Assembly (NCBI GenBank): GCA_965178125.1
Contig: OZ237768.1
Coordinates: forward strand, 310,001-374,000
DNA from: Bilabrum cf. latius
Lineage: Eukaryota
DNA: 64,000 nt
Direction of reading: 5' to 3'
Below the pieces are notes generated by a model that saw nothing but the letters and a program-made list of their open reading frames with translations, was not told where the DNA came from and made no database searches. The translations under genes were made by a program, and so were the position numbers. This document shows, one piece after another, positions 1-12,376 of the stretch (position 1 is the stretch's first letter; every line of letters begins with the position of its first letter).

Positions 1-40
1 CAGCGCGCGAGGTGCTGTCTCCGTAACGAGCATGCATTAT

Positions 41-2547
41 TCACGGTCGGCACCCGTTCGTGTTGCCTTCCTCCACGACCTCCCAGTCCTGCGCATCCTT
101 GGAGGAGAAATCGGTCAGCGACTGCCCCTGCGCCCCCTCCGAGCACATGGTGTTGCCGAGCAGCTTGTTGTGGACGGGGGTGCAGTACTTGTCGTCCAGC
201 ACTCCGGAGAGGAAGGGGAATGATTCTCTCCACGCGGGCTTGCTCGCTTGCTCTGCGAGGGTCTGGTTGTCCTCCCCGTGGCAGCTCGACTTCTGCCAGC
301 CGAGCCCTCGGTCATCAATGTGAATCGCGACCGCCTTGGTGCGATTGAGGGCGAAATAGTTGCCTTTCACTGTGGTATTGCGGCCACCGCCGATGAACAC
401 GCCCTTGTTGCAATCGATAAACGTGTTGTTTTCGATCGTCCACCAAGACATCTCGCTGCGAAAGGGGGATAGGCGGGGGGGAGGAGAGGGGGGGTTGGAA
501 TAGATGGGGAGAGGGGGGGGGCTAGTCGGGGGTCAATGACAGGGTCGGGGGTCTTCGACATCATACCATACCAGCAACCAGGATGAAAGCAAGGCAAAAT
601 GTACATTGAGTGGAGTTCAACCTTGCGCCATTCGCACTACGACAAAATTGTACCGATCCATGACAAACAAAGGATGCAACCCCCCGTTGTCTCACTCGTC
701 CAGGTAGATGGCCTGCACCGACGGATAGCCGAGGGCCACCGGCTCCGTGTTGTAGATCCTGCGGAACGTGTTACCTACAAGGCTCGAGTTGGGGTTAATG
801 AACGCCTCGCCCTTCTATCCACAGGTGTAGAACGCGCCTGAGTCCGACACTTCCCAGCTTACTGCGAGGGTAGGAAGGCAAGCTAAAGGCACGGGATCTA
901 GGAGAGGTTGTCCGTCGAGCAGCACTGGGCAAGCAGTTCGATGGTGCAGTAGTCAGCAACAGCACAACAACAGGCAGATTAACACACTTTGTAGGACCGA
1001 TGCCCGCCGTCCAATGAAGCTGCTCTCATGACCGAATGAAACAGCTGTCTCTCACGGTCTTCGATCAGGTTGCCCCGTACCACTGCGCTCACCCCAGGGA
1101 TTTCGTTCCCACCTCCCAGGATGCCCTGATGCGGCCCGTTGAACACATGGTTGTTCTCCAAAGTGACACCTACCCCGCCCCAGTGGATCCCAGGCATGTA
1201 GGTCCGCTTCCATCGGCCCATTTGGTGCGCGCTCGTGTTACGCACCACGATGCCAGACGGCGTCAGCGTGTCGAAGTCGGCTGCGGGCCCGGACACCGCC
1301 ACTGCGCTGCAGCCGACCCCGTACGCTTCCGATGAGTCCACGACGGTGCCCCGAGACCCCTCGATGGAGATTCCTTTGCGACCGTGCAGGGAGGCCACCA
1401 CGTTCTTCACACCGATGTTGGTGCAGTTGCCTTCCGTGCAGTTGACGCCGGATCCCATGGAGGACTCGAGCACGAGGCCATCGAACTGCACGTTGCTGGT
1501 GCCGGGACCCAGCTCAAACACATTCGCAGATACGCCAAAATATGCGCCATCGTTCATCGTGCGGCCGCTCACGCCCCGACGCCCGGCGAGCTTGGGAGCA
1601 GCTGCTCGCTGCTCCTCCGAGTTGCCGTCGAACCGCTCCAAATCGGACTGGGAGGGAGGGTAGAAGTACAGCGTGAGATCCGGGTCGGCTGTGTCGACGT
1701 ACCATTCCCCTGGGGCGTCGAGCTCCGACAGGAGGTTGATCCCGATGAAGCGAGCATTCTTTTTCCAGGCGGCCGGCCTCGTGCTGCTCGAGATGTTGAC
1801 GAGCGCTCCGCCGCTAGGAAGCGGCGAGATCGCGGAAATCTGCTCGTACTCGTCCGCCCAATCTACATGAACGTAGCCGTGGATCCAGGGGTCGTTTTCT
1901 TTTGCCCAGTTCAACGGACGGCTGTCGGTCGTGTTGAACCACGCAGACGTGCCGCCATCAGCGTGCGAGAACATCCAGGAGCCGTTCGCGGCAATGTTGG
2001 GGTACCGCGCCAGGGGCACCCAGGCAGAATTGTACGACAGGATTGCCTTGTTGTGCTGGCAGTCGTGGAGGCTGCCCGACAGGAAGTAGCCCACCTGAGT
2101 CTTGGACACACCAAGCTTGGCGAGAGAGGTGCACTTCGTCTCCGCGGGAAGCTTCAATCCCGCGTGATGCAACGCATCGTTTTGCAAAGCATGGCTTGCG
2201 CAGCTGCCCCAAGCAGATGCGGGGATCGGGACACCACCCGATACTTTGGTCGGGCCTTGCGCGTCGACAGCCTTGAAGACCACTGGACTCTCAGACGAAG
2301 CTCCCGAGTCCTGCTCGGTCAGCTGGATCGGAGTTTCACCAACGTATACACCAGGAAATATATGCACTACAGCGCCGCCGTTTGGAAGGGGGCGCTTGCT
2401 GCGCAAAATGTCCCTAGCCTTCGTGATGGATCGCACTGCTGCAGCAGGCGATGTGCCCGGATTTGAGTCGCTTCCGTTCGTGGCGACGTACAAGTCAAGC
2501 TACGCAAATGCCACAGAAATCAGGATCGATGCGAGAATAAGCCTCAT
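41..2547 (-). CDS. Secreted right-handed parallel beta-helix protein (GH141-like / pectin-lyase fold); exons 2547-1056, 861-696, 455-41
   Basis: ATG 2547 gives signal peptide MRLILASILISVAFA-[TAG]-LDLYVATNGSDSNPG. Motifs LARYPN, GYVHVDWAD, NLLSELDAPGEWY, DSGAFYTCG[TAG]KG, AIYLDD. GT..AG introns 862-1055 and 456-695 keep frame. TAGs at 2500-2502 and 815-817; TGA at 41-43. Confidence 0.8.
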
Positions 2548-2698
2548 GGCTAGAGACGGGAAGAATTCTGAATTGAAGTCGGCTTGGATCGAATTCTACA
2601 GTGTGACGAATGTGACGGCGACCGCGGCATTTGGGGTTTGAGTTGCACCATACACCGTGGCACACAGGCGCTTGCCATGGCGCGCATAATTTGCGTAC

Positions 2699-5467
2699 TT
2701 ACTGCCCGGGCGGTGGTGGCGGAGGCGGCGCGGATCCTCCGAACCCAGGTGGGAGGCCTCCGCTGGCAGGGGAAGGAGGAGGGTTTGCTACCACTGCCGC
2801 CGCCCCGCTCGCAGACGATACGCTGCCCCCACCCTCACTTCCCCTGGATCCCCGTCTGCGCCGGCTCCTTGGTCTGCGGACCCGCCCGGAAGCGGGTCGC
2901 CCCGTCGGGCTCTCAGGGGCCGATGGTGGCTTTGCAAGCACAGCACCCTTTGAGCCTGTTGGCATCGGCTTGGACTGCGGCTTGGACTGATCCTGATCCT
3001 GATCCTGTGCGCTGTCGGACTCTTTTGGCCCGGCACCAGCAGCTGTGCCCTCGGTTGCTCCCTCCGGATCCGCGCTTCCGCTCTCCGGCAGCGGGTCCGT
3101 GGGCTGGGCCTGCACCTGAGGGGGTGTCCCCGCTTCACTACCGTGCGATGCACCCTGATCCAGGGATCCCTCTCCCCTGGCCTCCCCTTCGTGCACCAGC
3201 TTTCGCCTCTGCTCCCGCTACACGGCTCGCATCCGAGCCAGGGACTGGATGCGAGCTGCTGCATGCTCCTGCTCGTCGGCTGGGACGCGGCTCCCGCTGG
3301 CACTACCGAGTTCCTTCTCATCCTTCGAAACCGCGGCCCCCTGCCCACTCGTCACATTCTTCCCGCCGGCCCTCCAGCTCTGCGCCCTCTGCATCATGTG
3401 CTGCTTGACCCCTTTCTCGATCGTCTTCAGGGCCTGCTCCTTCCTCCTCTCCTCTCGCCTGGCGCGCATGGCACGCATCGAGGACTGCAGCGTGCGGGCT
3501 GCCTGTTCCTCGGCCTCGTCGTCACCGTCCCCCCGCGACTCGAGCTGGTCCTCACCCGAGCCTTCCCCGCCCCTGACCCCAACTGGGGGGCTCTCCACCC
3601 TGGGGCTGAGCCCCGCAGCCCCGCCCCCGGCCCCATCCCCAAGCCCACCCATGTCCTCCCCGTCAGCCACGTAGCGACCGCCCGAGGCATCCCCCGGCAG
3701 GGCCACCCCTCGCGATCCCTCCCCCCCACTGTTCCCTGAAGCACCCGCGACCCCCGCATCGGCGAGACTAGCCCGCAGCTTGGCCGCTTCCCTGCGCATG
3801 GCCTCTTCCCTGTCAGCCGCCAGGTCAAGCTCGCGCCTGAGCCTGTCCGCCTCCCTGCGAGCCACAGCCGCCTCCTCCCGGGCTTCTCTCGCCTCTGTCC
3901 TGGCCTCTGCAAGCTCCTTCTCGACGACCTGCCTGGCCTGCGCCCGCGCCACCACCATGGCTTCCTCGTCGGCCTGCTTGACCCTCTGGTCGAATTCGGC
4001 CTCGGCTGCGTCGAGCTGCTTCCGCCTCTGGATGAGCTCCTGGTTGAAGGCCTCCAGCTGCTTCTCGTCCTCCACCCTCTCCCTCGCGGCCTGCTGGAAC
4101 TGCGCCTCAAGAGCCATAACCTTGGCCGAGTGTTCCTCCACCCTCTCCTCGAATGCCCTCGTGAGACGGTCCTTGCGGGCCTGCAGCGCGGCACGCTCCT
4201 CCTTCACCGACTGCCGCTCCTGCAACAGGGCCTCCTCTTGTTCCCTGAGGCGGCCGGTCAGCTCCATTAGTTCCCTCGGATTGAAGCTGCCCTCTATCTC
4301 CGCAGCCCCGGCACCGGGACCGGCACCGGGACCGGGACCGATCTGTCCGCCCGTCCCGATACCTTGGTCCGCAGAGTCCCCGGCACCGGCTACTTTCTTC
4401 GCTGTTTCCTCGGACACGTCCCTTGCCGCTTTCCGGACCTCCGCAGCCGCATCCCCCGCGGCCTGCAGCCGAGTCAGCCTCTGCTCCACTCTTGCCTTGG
4501 TCTCCTGCACCTCGTCCACGTACTCGGCGAACTGACGAAGGAGCACCTCGCGCTCCTGCAGCGCCGCCCGCCGCTCGTCCCGGAGCTGCTGCCGCAGCTT
4601 GGTGGAAGCTAGCTATGCCTCAGCCAGTTGGTGCATCGCGTCCTCGTAGTCGATGGTAGACGGCCGGCCCACGCCCCCGCCTGCCACTGCGCGGCGCACC
4701 TTTGAGGAATTGGCGGTTCCGCTGGCCGGCACGATGGCACCGCCTGTGGCTGCCCTCATCCGATCGCGTCCTGTTGGCCCCCCTTCCACCTGCCCCTACC
4801 CCTGCCCCTTCCCCTTCCCCGTACCACCGCCTCCACCACCTCCTCCCCTCGGTGACGTGCTCTGTCTCCGACGCACACGCTGCTACATGAGGTGCAGCAC
4901 GGGCTGGCCAGAGCTCATGCCGAATGCCGCGAGATCCTTGCCGCTGGGAGATCGGCGCATCCTTCGCGACACGGCGCCGCCGGGGCTGCTTCCGCCCGGG
5001 CTCGGTGCGATCACGTCGCGGAAGTGCGGGCGGTTGGGATCGTCCAGGGGCAGCAAATCGCGGCCAGACCTGGGCGAGCGCAACTGGCGGCCTCTCGATT
5101 TTCCCTGGTTTCGCTATTGCCTGCGACTGGCTGTGGTCTTCGCTCCGCCACTGGTCCTCGTTGGTTGCTTGCCAACTCCGCTGGTTGATGCTTCCTCCTG
5201 CCGTTGACCACCGGATCGCCCGCTCTTCTCATACAATCGGCGTAATGAAGGTGGGAGCGACTGTAAAATGGAATCAGCTCCTGCGGCGGTACGCGGGGCT
5301 GTAGCTGGCTTGGCGACAGGTTGCGCAGTCTGCTGAGCAGGGGCTGCCGGTCGAGATCCACCAGACGATGCTCCATCTGTCTTTCGCAGAGAAGCTGCGA
5401 ATTGTTCTGCCTCGCGCACGCGGGGAGTGTATCCATGGAGAGGAGCTTGCCCTCCGTTCGATGACAT
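2699..5467 (-). CDS. Coiled-coil protein with IQ-like motifs (~920 aa), function unknown
   Basis: ORFs 5114-5671, 4883-5083, 3218-4546 and 2699-3196 share one frame, broken only by TAGs (5114, 4883, 4796, 4613, 3218). E/R/A-rich coiled coil; AARIQSLARMR and AARTLQSSMR. The TAA at 2699-2701 overlaps a possible GTAAGT donor, so the 3' end is uncertain. Confidence 0.7.
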
Positions 5468-5761
5468 GTCGGATGCCGCGAATCGATTGCTGCAACGAAG
5501 GGAGTGTGCAGTTGATTGCGTGCTGGCAACGGTGGAAAGCAAGGTGGCCCGAATGTATACAATGCAATATAACTCACGACGATCGAGCCAAGTGGCGCAA
5601 GATTCGAGACTTTTGCAGCACACTTGTCTTGGGTCGCACCGCGGATCCGGTGCGCTGGCGGTCGCAACCACTTCGCCGAGTGGCGCCGCGCACTTGCCAT
5701 ATACGAACGAGGATTACAAAAGGCATCAAGTTGCCTCCTTCGTTTCTACTGAGCTAACCAT

Positions 5762-8700
5762 ATGAACATATTTTCCGATGTTCCCCGCCGCATCGAGGTT
5801 GAGATTCGATTGTTGGACATTGGGGAGGTATCTCCAGGCGGTTCCGCAGGAATGCAATGTGGCGGTGATGCCCCGACTGCTTGGCCTTGGAAGGCCGACT
5901 GGCTCGATGATGAGTCAAATACTCAGTTTCACGCGACTGGCTTGCACGGAGAAGTGCGATCAGAGACAATTTCCCTGGATGGTGTCTGCACCGGCCTCAC
6001 ACTGAAGGCGAGGATTCTCGATGTGTTTGATATCGCTATTCCAAAGCAAAAACTGTACTTTCGAGGAGCTGAAGTGTCAAATTCTGCTATTTTGTACGAT
6101 ATTGGCGTTGAATCGAAAGGGTCTACCGTATTTCTCACGGTGTCTGGCTCTTACCCGAGGGCTGGTGGTGCGAAGCAAGCCGCAAGCAGCAGCGGTGGCT
6201 CGAAGAGCAGCGTCTCTGCAGCAGCCCAGGCTCAAAGTTCAATTGATTTAACAACAGTAGCCCCATACATTCGCCCGTACTCTGGCTTTGGCTATTGGAA
6301 CCGCTCCCTTTTGATTTCTTTAGAGCAAGCACGCCTAGGCATGCGCGCCGGCAAGCTCCCCACCGCGGCGGGAGACGGCACATCCGGTACGTATTTCCTG
6401 CGATCTGAACGTGGAAATCCAGTAGGTTGCTTTAAACCAAGGGACGAGGAACCGCACGCCCCGAACAACCCCCACAAGATGTACGGCCAGCTTGGACAGG
6501 AAGGGCTCAAGGCGGGTGTGTCGAGCGGGGAGGCCTGGAAGAGGGAAGTGGCGGCCTATCTGCTGGACCGAGGATTCGCCGGTGTACCACCTACGGCCCC
6601 GGTCGAGTCAAGGCATGCGAAGTACTTCAACGGAGAGCCCACCGAGCCAGACGAGGACGGGGAGCACGGGGGTGCGGGGCCCGCTGGTGCCGGTGGGGGC
6701 GAATCAGCGGATGATGAGGAGGACGTGGACGTAGAGGCGGGAGAAATCGGAGCCATGACAGGCGACTGGTTCTTTGAATCGAAAGGAGAGGGTCGCCCTC
6801 ATAAGAAAGTGGGGAGCTTTCAGCTATTCGCTCGCAGCGATGGGCCCAGGGACAGCTTCAAGCCGAGAACTCTGCATCCCGACAGCATTGAGGCTCTGGC
6901 TCTGCTCGACATGCGGCTGGTGAACACGGATAGAAACAGTCAGAACGCCCTCGTGAAGCGCCGCCAGAAAGAGGTGATCAGATACGAGACGAAGCACAGA
7001 TTCGAAGACAAGCTGAAGCCTGGGGAGACCATCATCGAGGCAGTAGATGACGGCACGACCGCTGCCGAGGGTGTCACACCCAAGCCCAAGAAAGCAAAGT
7101 ATGTCCCCGGCGGGAAATGGACAAGGCTTCGCAAGGAACGGGAGGCCAAAGCAGCGGCAGAGAAGGCCAAGGCAGCAGGTGGTGGTGCTGGTGGCGGATC
7201 TGCATCTGGCGCTGCCTCCGAACGAGTACCAGCAGTAGCAGCAACAACCGCAGCATCTGCATCGGCAATGGCTGCACCCAAATCTGCAGAGCCTAAACTT
7301 GATACAAAGCCCAAACCCAAGCCGAGACTCGTGAAGGTTCGCTCCCCCGTCATAGAGCACGAGGATCTGCCTTCCGCTCTGATTCCAAGTGAGATTGCCC
7401 TGCCATGCACTGAATTTGTCGTTGCATGGGCTCAATCGATCCGTCAACTGCACGTTACATACCCTTAGTGTGTGTCCGTTGCAATCCACGCGTTTCGGTA
7501 TGTCCACCTCTTATCTCATGCCATACCTCGCAGTTGACCACGGCAGCTGCCTTCCTAGCCAGCTCATGCTCGACACGCTCTCTGCCGACTGGCTCCTATG
7601 GCCCCAGGCCAAGCGCCCGCTCAGCGACAGAGCCAAGACCTACCTGCAGGACTGCGAGGATCGACTCGAGGAGGACTGCAGCATGCTGCAGACTCAGCTA
7701 GGCATAGATCCCGAGGCCGTGCTTCTGTTCCGATGGGTCAATACGCTCATTTGCAGGGCAGCCAGGACCATCCCCAATGTGTCTCCTTATTGGATCGCCA
7801 CTGCCATCTACAGGCACAAGCAGAGCGACCCTGAGACACCCTCTCGGCTTGAAGTGTCCCTGCAGCAGGCCACAGCCATGGCACTCACCAAAGCGAACGA
7901 CCTGCTATTGGCAGACCCAGGCACTGTGTCTGCGTCCGGCCACAGCAGCAGCGAGTGGTCGAGTGCTTCGGATTCATCAGCTTCGTCATCTTCCGTGACT
8001 TCACCGGGCGCTAGCCCTGCAGAGCGACAGGGGGATGGCTCGGTGCGCCAGGTAGGCAGGGGCAGCGCGGCATCATCCCGCGAGGCACCTGCCGGCATGA
8101 AGCACGCTCGTTTCGTGAAGGCAGCCACCGCGGTCTCGGATTCAAAAGTGCGGAAGGTAGTCACTCTGGACCCGAGGATACCAAGCAGAACTTCGGGTGA
8201 CGGTAACACGCCAAGCAGTAGTGGTAGTCATCAGGAAGGGAGACGAAGCAGTGGTGCAACGCCGCCCATAGAGTATCAGAAAGCTGTGATGCCTCCTTAG
8301 TCTTCCCCGTCAGAAAGCAAGCCTGATCTAAGCAGCAACGGTACCCACTTGCTTGGCGCAACGCCGCAGCAGTCTGGCTTTGCCTCAGTGGCTGAGCCTC
8401 CCCTCGAAGACCAGCGATTGCCTTCGGCCGATAGCACGCAAGCAATGGCACGACACCTGCCAAATGGGTTCAGCACGCGAGCGGCCTCTCGGAAAGCACT
8501 CCCGACTGATCCTCACTTGCCTCAGGTAGCTGATGATAGTCTTTTGTCAGGCCGAAGCTCCTCAGACGGCCCACCCGCTGGCACCCATCACCAGGCGCAG
8601 GGTAGCATAACGCTGTCCAGGGCCCATTCCGCGTATGGATCGACTTCTGCGGGATAGCCTCCGGCACGCGCGACGCATCCACAGCGCAACGATCCCTCGT

Positions 8701-11700
8701 CTACGGATGCAGCCCGCCGCTCCCGCCGAAGCTCACAGAGCTCCCTCAGGAGCGTAGGCGAGCTGGCGTCCCTCGCCCGCGCCGAGAGCACGAGCATGGG
8801 GATCGCAGCGGTGGCGGCTGCCGCCGAGAGCGCGGTGAAGGCCGTCAGCATGGTGGAGGGCAGAAGCAATGCCCGCACGTAGGTTAGCAATGAAGTCAGT
8901 ATAGGAACTGTGCTGCGGGGGGCAAGCGACCAGGCCAGCATCCCTGGCCTGTGCCTTGCCATCGGAGTGGCGCGCATGAAGGACGACGCAGCGATCGCGG
9001 GCGCTTCCCCTCAGCATGTTCCTAGTGCTGCTCCCCCAGAGACAGAATACGTTTCCAAGGCTGAGTCACCCTCGTGGTTCTCAGAGCTGTTCGGGCCTGC
9101 CGCGGGGGCCCAAGGGCCGGGCCTCGGTTTGGATAGTGAATGGAGCGACAGCGGCGCTTGGTCCCGCAGCGGTTCTGGCCATGTCAGTGCCGTGAGCGTT
9201 GCTGTGTCTTGGAAGAAGTCCCTGACCGTCGCATGTGCCACGGCAAAGGGCAAGGGCGTTGTCTTGGCGCGTGACTCTGAGGCAGAGTATGCCGTCAGGC
9301 GAGCGCTCGCGTCTGCGGTGGCAGCGGCTTCGGCTGGGGAGCTGGCACGACTGCAGAGCTTGACTCGGTCCACTGGGCGATCCGAGTCGGATGCGGGGTC
9401 TCGGATTTCTGCCACGCTGCTGCTGCAGCACCGCGGCGGAAGAGGAGCTTCTGACATAGCAAGACCGATGGGGGAGCACGGCAAGGCGATGGAGATGCCG
9501 CTGGGTGTCAGCGGCAACAGCTCTAGCAGCCTGGTCGCCACAGATGGCAACAGCGGGGCGACATCCAAGCCTTCTTGGGATAGTGGAGCACCGGGCCAGT
9601 ACGATGATCTTGGAAATGTCGATGCAGACTAGTCAAGGGTTGTGCTTCTGGCGGAGATCGAGAGGCTGGTTGGCCGAGGCGGCGGTTCGGGTGAAATGCA
9701 AGGAGATCCAGGGTCGTTGTCTTCTGCTGTAGATGCATCGCATGGCCCCAGCTCAATTCGCGCTGCCATTGCACGAGCCTCACTGGCAGATGCTGCACCG
9801 CCAGGAGAGTTGCAGCCGGCTGTCGTTGACGTGCAAGCTGCCCTCGATTGGGCGGTGCAGCTGATGGTGGGCGAGCACGATGAAGATGATCGCGACAAGA
9901 CATCAGGCGAAGAGCAGACCAGCGTGTAGCTGCCAGTGGCTGGCGCGGGGAACAGAAGCCATGGCGCAGAGCTTTTGCTGCCCGACGTACCCTTGCACCG
10001 CACATCGTCGCTGCCTACCAGACCTAGAAAGACCAACGGGATGGGCCCTCACCGAGTGGCAGGATCAGCAGAGGCGCCTGCTGGTCCGCTCAAGGGAGCT
10101 CTCTCCACGTCGCAAACGGTGAAATCGCTGCGTGGTGGAGCTTCGTCGCAACCGAATGGCGCTTCCGTGGCGCCTCAGCTCGGACGGCGTCTGCACACCG
10201 TCTCCAGCTTTCACCTGCCAGCCCCCTCGGATTCGGAGCAAGACCCAGGAGACGATGCTGGGAACGTGTTTGGAGTCCCTGGGACCCAAAGTACCGCGCA
10301 GCAACCCTTTCTCCATGTCAGCGGTGCTGACGAGGCACCTATGGGCCTTGCTGACGATGCTCGCCGTAGGAGCGGCGGTGTGCCAGGCCCTGGGCAGGCT
10401 GGACTATCCACGATCAAAGAGGAGCGCACCACCGCTGATGCACCGGCTCGTGCGGGGCATGTGACGGATTCTTCAGTTCCTAAGGGTACATCTAGCATGA
10501 CGCTCCCACCAGTAGCACCAAACGCGCCACCGGCCTTGCGAGGCTCCCATCATCACCATCACCAGCAGCAGCCCGGCCCCATGGTTCGCTCTATGTCTGT
10601 GGCTGCGACGTCTGGGACCCCTGGCCAGCTCATGCGTGCCTTCACGCTGGAGGACCCCGGTCATGGCAGCGTGCTTCGATCCAGTAGGAGCCACAGCACC
10701 GGAGATTCTCTGCGTAGCCGCGCGGAGAGCGGCGGCAGGAGGAGGGGCGGGCTGCTTGACCAGATGAGGCGCGTGTTCCGCTCCACCGCGAGCAGCTCCA
10801 GCCTGCGAGTAGTGCGCCCTACCGCTGCTGCTGACGAAGTTTTAAATGGTGGTGGCTCGCAGCTTGGCGGGGAATATAGGGAGAAAGAAGAGGCAGGTAC
10901 CTCCCAGCCCGCTGCACGGGTGATGCCAAGAGCCAAGGAACCGGTGCAGCTGGCTCTGACTGCCCTGGGGCCGGTTGATCTGCAGGACGAAGATGAAGAC
11001 AACGGAGACGGCGGCATGGATGCATCGGAGGATGGCGGGCTCGGAGCTTCGACGCTTGGGAACTTCTTTGACAGTGCGGTCCGAGACGATTACCATGGCC
11101 TGAGACACCCCTAGTCCACTGGCAGTGGGATGGGCTCGGTTGGGCTGAGACGGGTTCAGTCCTCCCTTGGGTCAATGAGCAGCAGCAGGGCGAGGAGGAG
11201 CGCGGCGATGAACAAAGCGGGGGCCGCTCTGGCCCGTCAGTTCTCGGTCATGTCTCGCCGCAGCCGGGGCAGCGCCCGCTCGCAGGTGCACGTCATGCGT
11301 GCCGCCAGGATCCTAGGCACGAGGTGCGGGAGGGCGGCCCTGAGGGAGGCTGGGGAGGACATCGAGCTCGCGGAGACATCCGAGATTGCAGGGAACAAGT
11401 CCGGTGGTGGTGTGACGAGCGGTGAGGGTGCGACAAGTGGTGAACAGCACCGTCGCACGGCCCCCCGGGCCGGTGCCCAAGTGCCACCAGGGGGCGATGG
11501 CACTGCTGGCGGCGGCGGGCTGCGCAGGATGAACGCCTTGAGGCCCGAGGCCACCACGGGGATGGGTGTGACGAGCGATGCTGGCGAGACGAGCGCGAAG
11601 GGGGTGCCGTAGCCACGAGTCGTATCGGACAGTGAGCGCGCGCCTGCTGCCAGTCACAGTGGTGCCCCTCCTGCATACCAACTCGACAAGAAGCAGTCGA

Positions 11701-11894
11701 GCAGCGACCACACGGCCACGACAGTCTCGAGCTCTTTGGGGGAGGATGATGAAGATATCCCTGGGACGGTGCATCCCGAGGTGACTGGGGGCATGCCTGG
11801 GCGGCTCTTTGCCGAATACATGGAGGGCCAAGTGGACCTGCTGCTCCAGCTGATCCGAGGGAGGGCCGAGGAGGGGGGAATCGGCGGGGTTTGA
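5762..11894 (+). CDS. Type II phosphatidylinositol 4-kinase gamma-like protein with N-terminal ubiquitin-like domain and very long low-complexity tail (~1995 aa); exons 5762-7388, 7534-11894
   Basis: Ubl-like LKARI..IPKQKLYFRG. Kinase motifs GTSGTYFL, FKPRDEEP..PNNP, REVAAYLLD, GVPPT, GSFQLF, LDMRLVNTDRN, and LIPI/DHG restored across intron 7389-7533. Seven in-frame TAGs (8298, 8655, 8880, 9630, 9927, 11112, 11610) join same-frame ORFs; ends TGA TGA TGA at 11892. Confidence 0.85.
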
Positions 11895-12126
11895 TGATGA
11901 CAGCATCTCAGGTTGTGGGTTGCTTGGCGACTCTGTCCTCGCAAGGAGGGACACTAGTCTACAAGGGAACTCGAATGTTGCCTATTTTTCAATCATGCGG
12001 GAGCTTTTAACACCATTGTCTCGAAGGACTGGAAGTAATTGGGCCGCGTGCTGCAGTACTCCCTGATGCGGATGAATTACTATAAGGCATATCCACTACA
12101 TGCTTCTAGGCCAATAGACATCCTGC

Positions 12127-12177
12127 GGTTTTAATCTTCTTCTTGAAAATGCAACGCGGTCGCAACCTGTTGCGACC
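12127..12177 (+). promoter_or_regulatory. Candidate upstream element: 22-bp sequence shared with 43027-43048 plus a 20-bp dyad
   Basis: GGTTTTAATCTTCTTCTTGAAA at 12127-12148 is identical to 43027-43048. GGTCGCAAC-CT-GTTGCGACC dyad at 12158-12177. CCAAT lies just upstream of both copies. Confidence 0.4.
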
Positions 12178-12376
12178 ACTGGTGCATATCGCAAACTCTG
12201 TGCGGCACCAGTAGTCCTTCGCAGCCAATTGGGCCATACCTAGGCCTTCCAGCGGCTATCTGTTCGAGTCTAAGCATAAAAACCGTCCATTTCTGCAAAC
12301 TCTGCCGATTCTCCCTGCGAATCTTGCGGTTCCGCCGGCTTGACATAGTTCGATCACGCCAACAGCGTTCGTAAGC

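Noticed and set aside
460-548. G-quadruplex-like G-rich tract
   Set aside because: It is the complement of the C-rich pyrimidine tract of intron 456-695; a similar tract occurs in intron 47929-48111.
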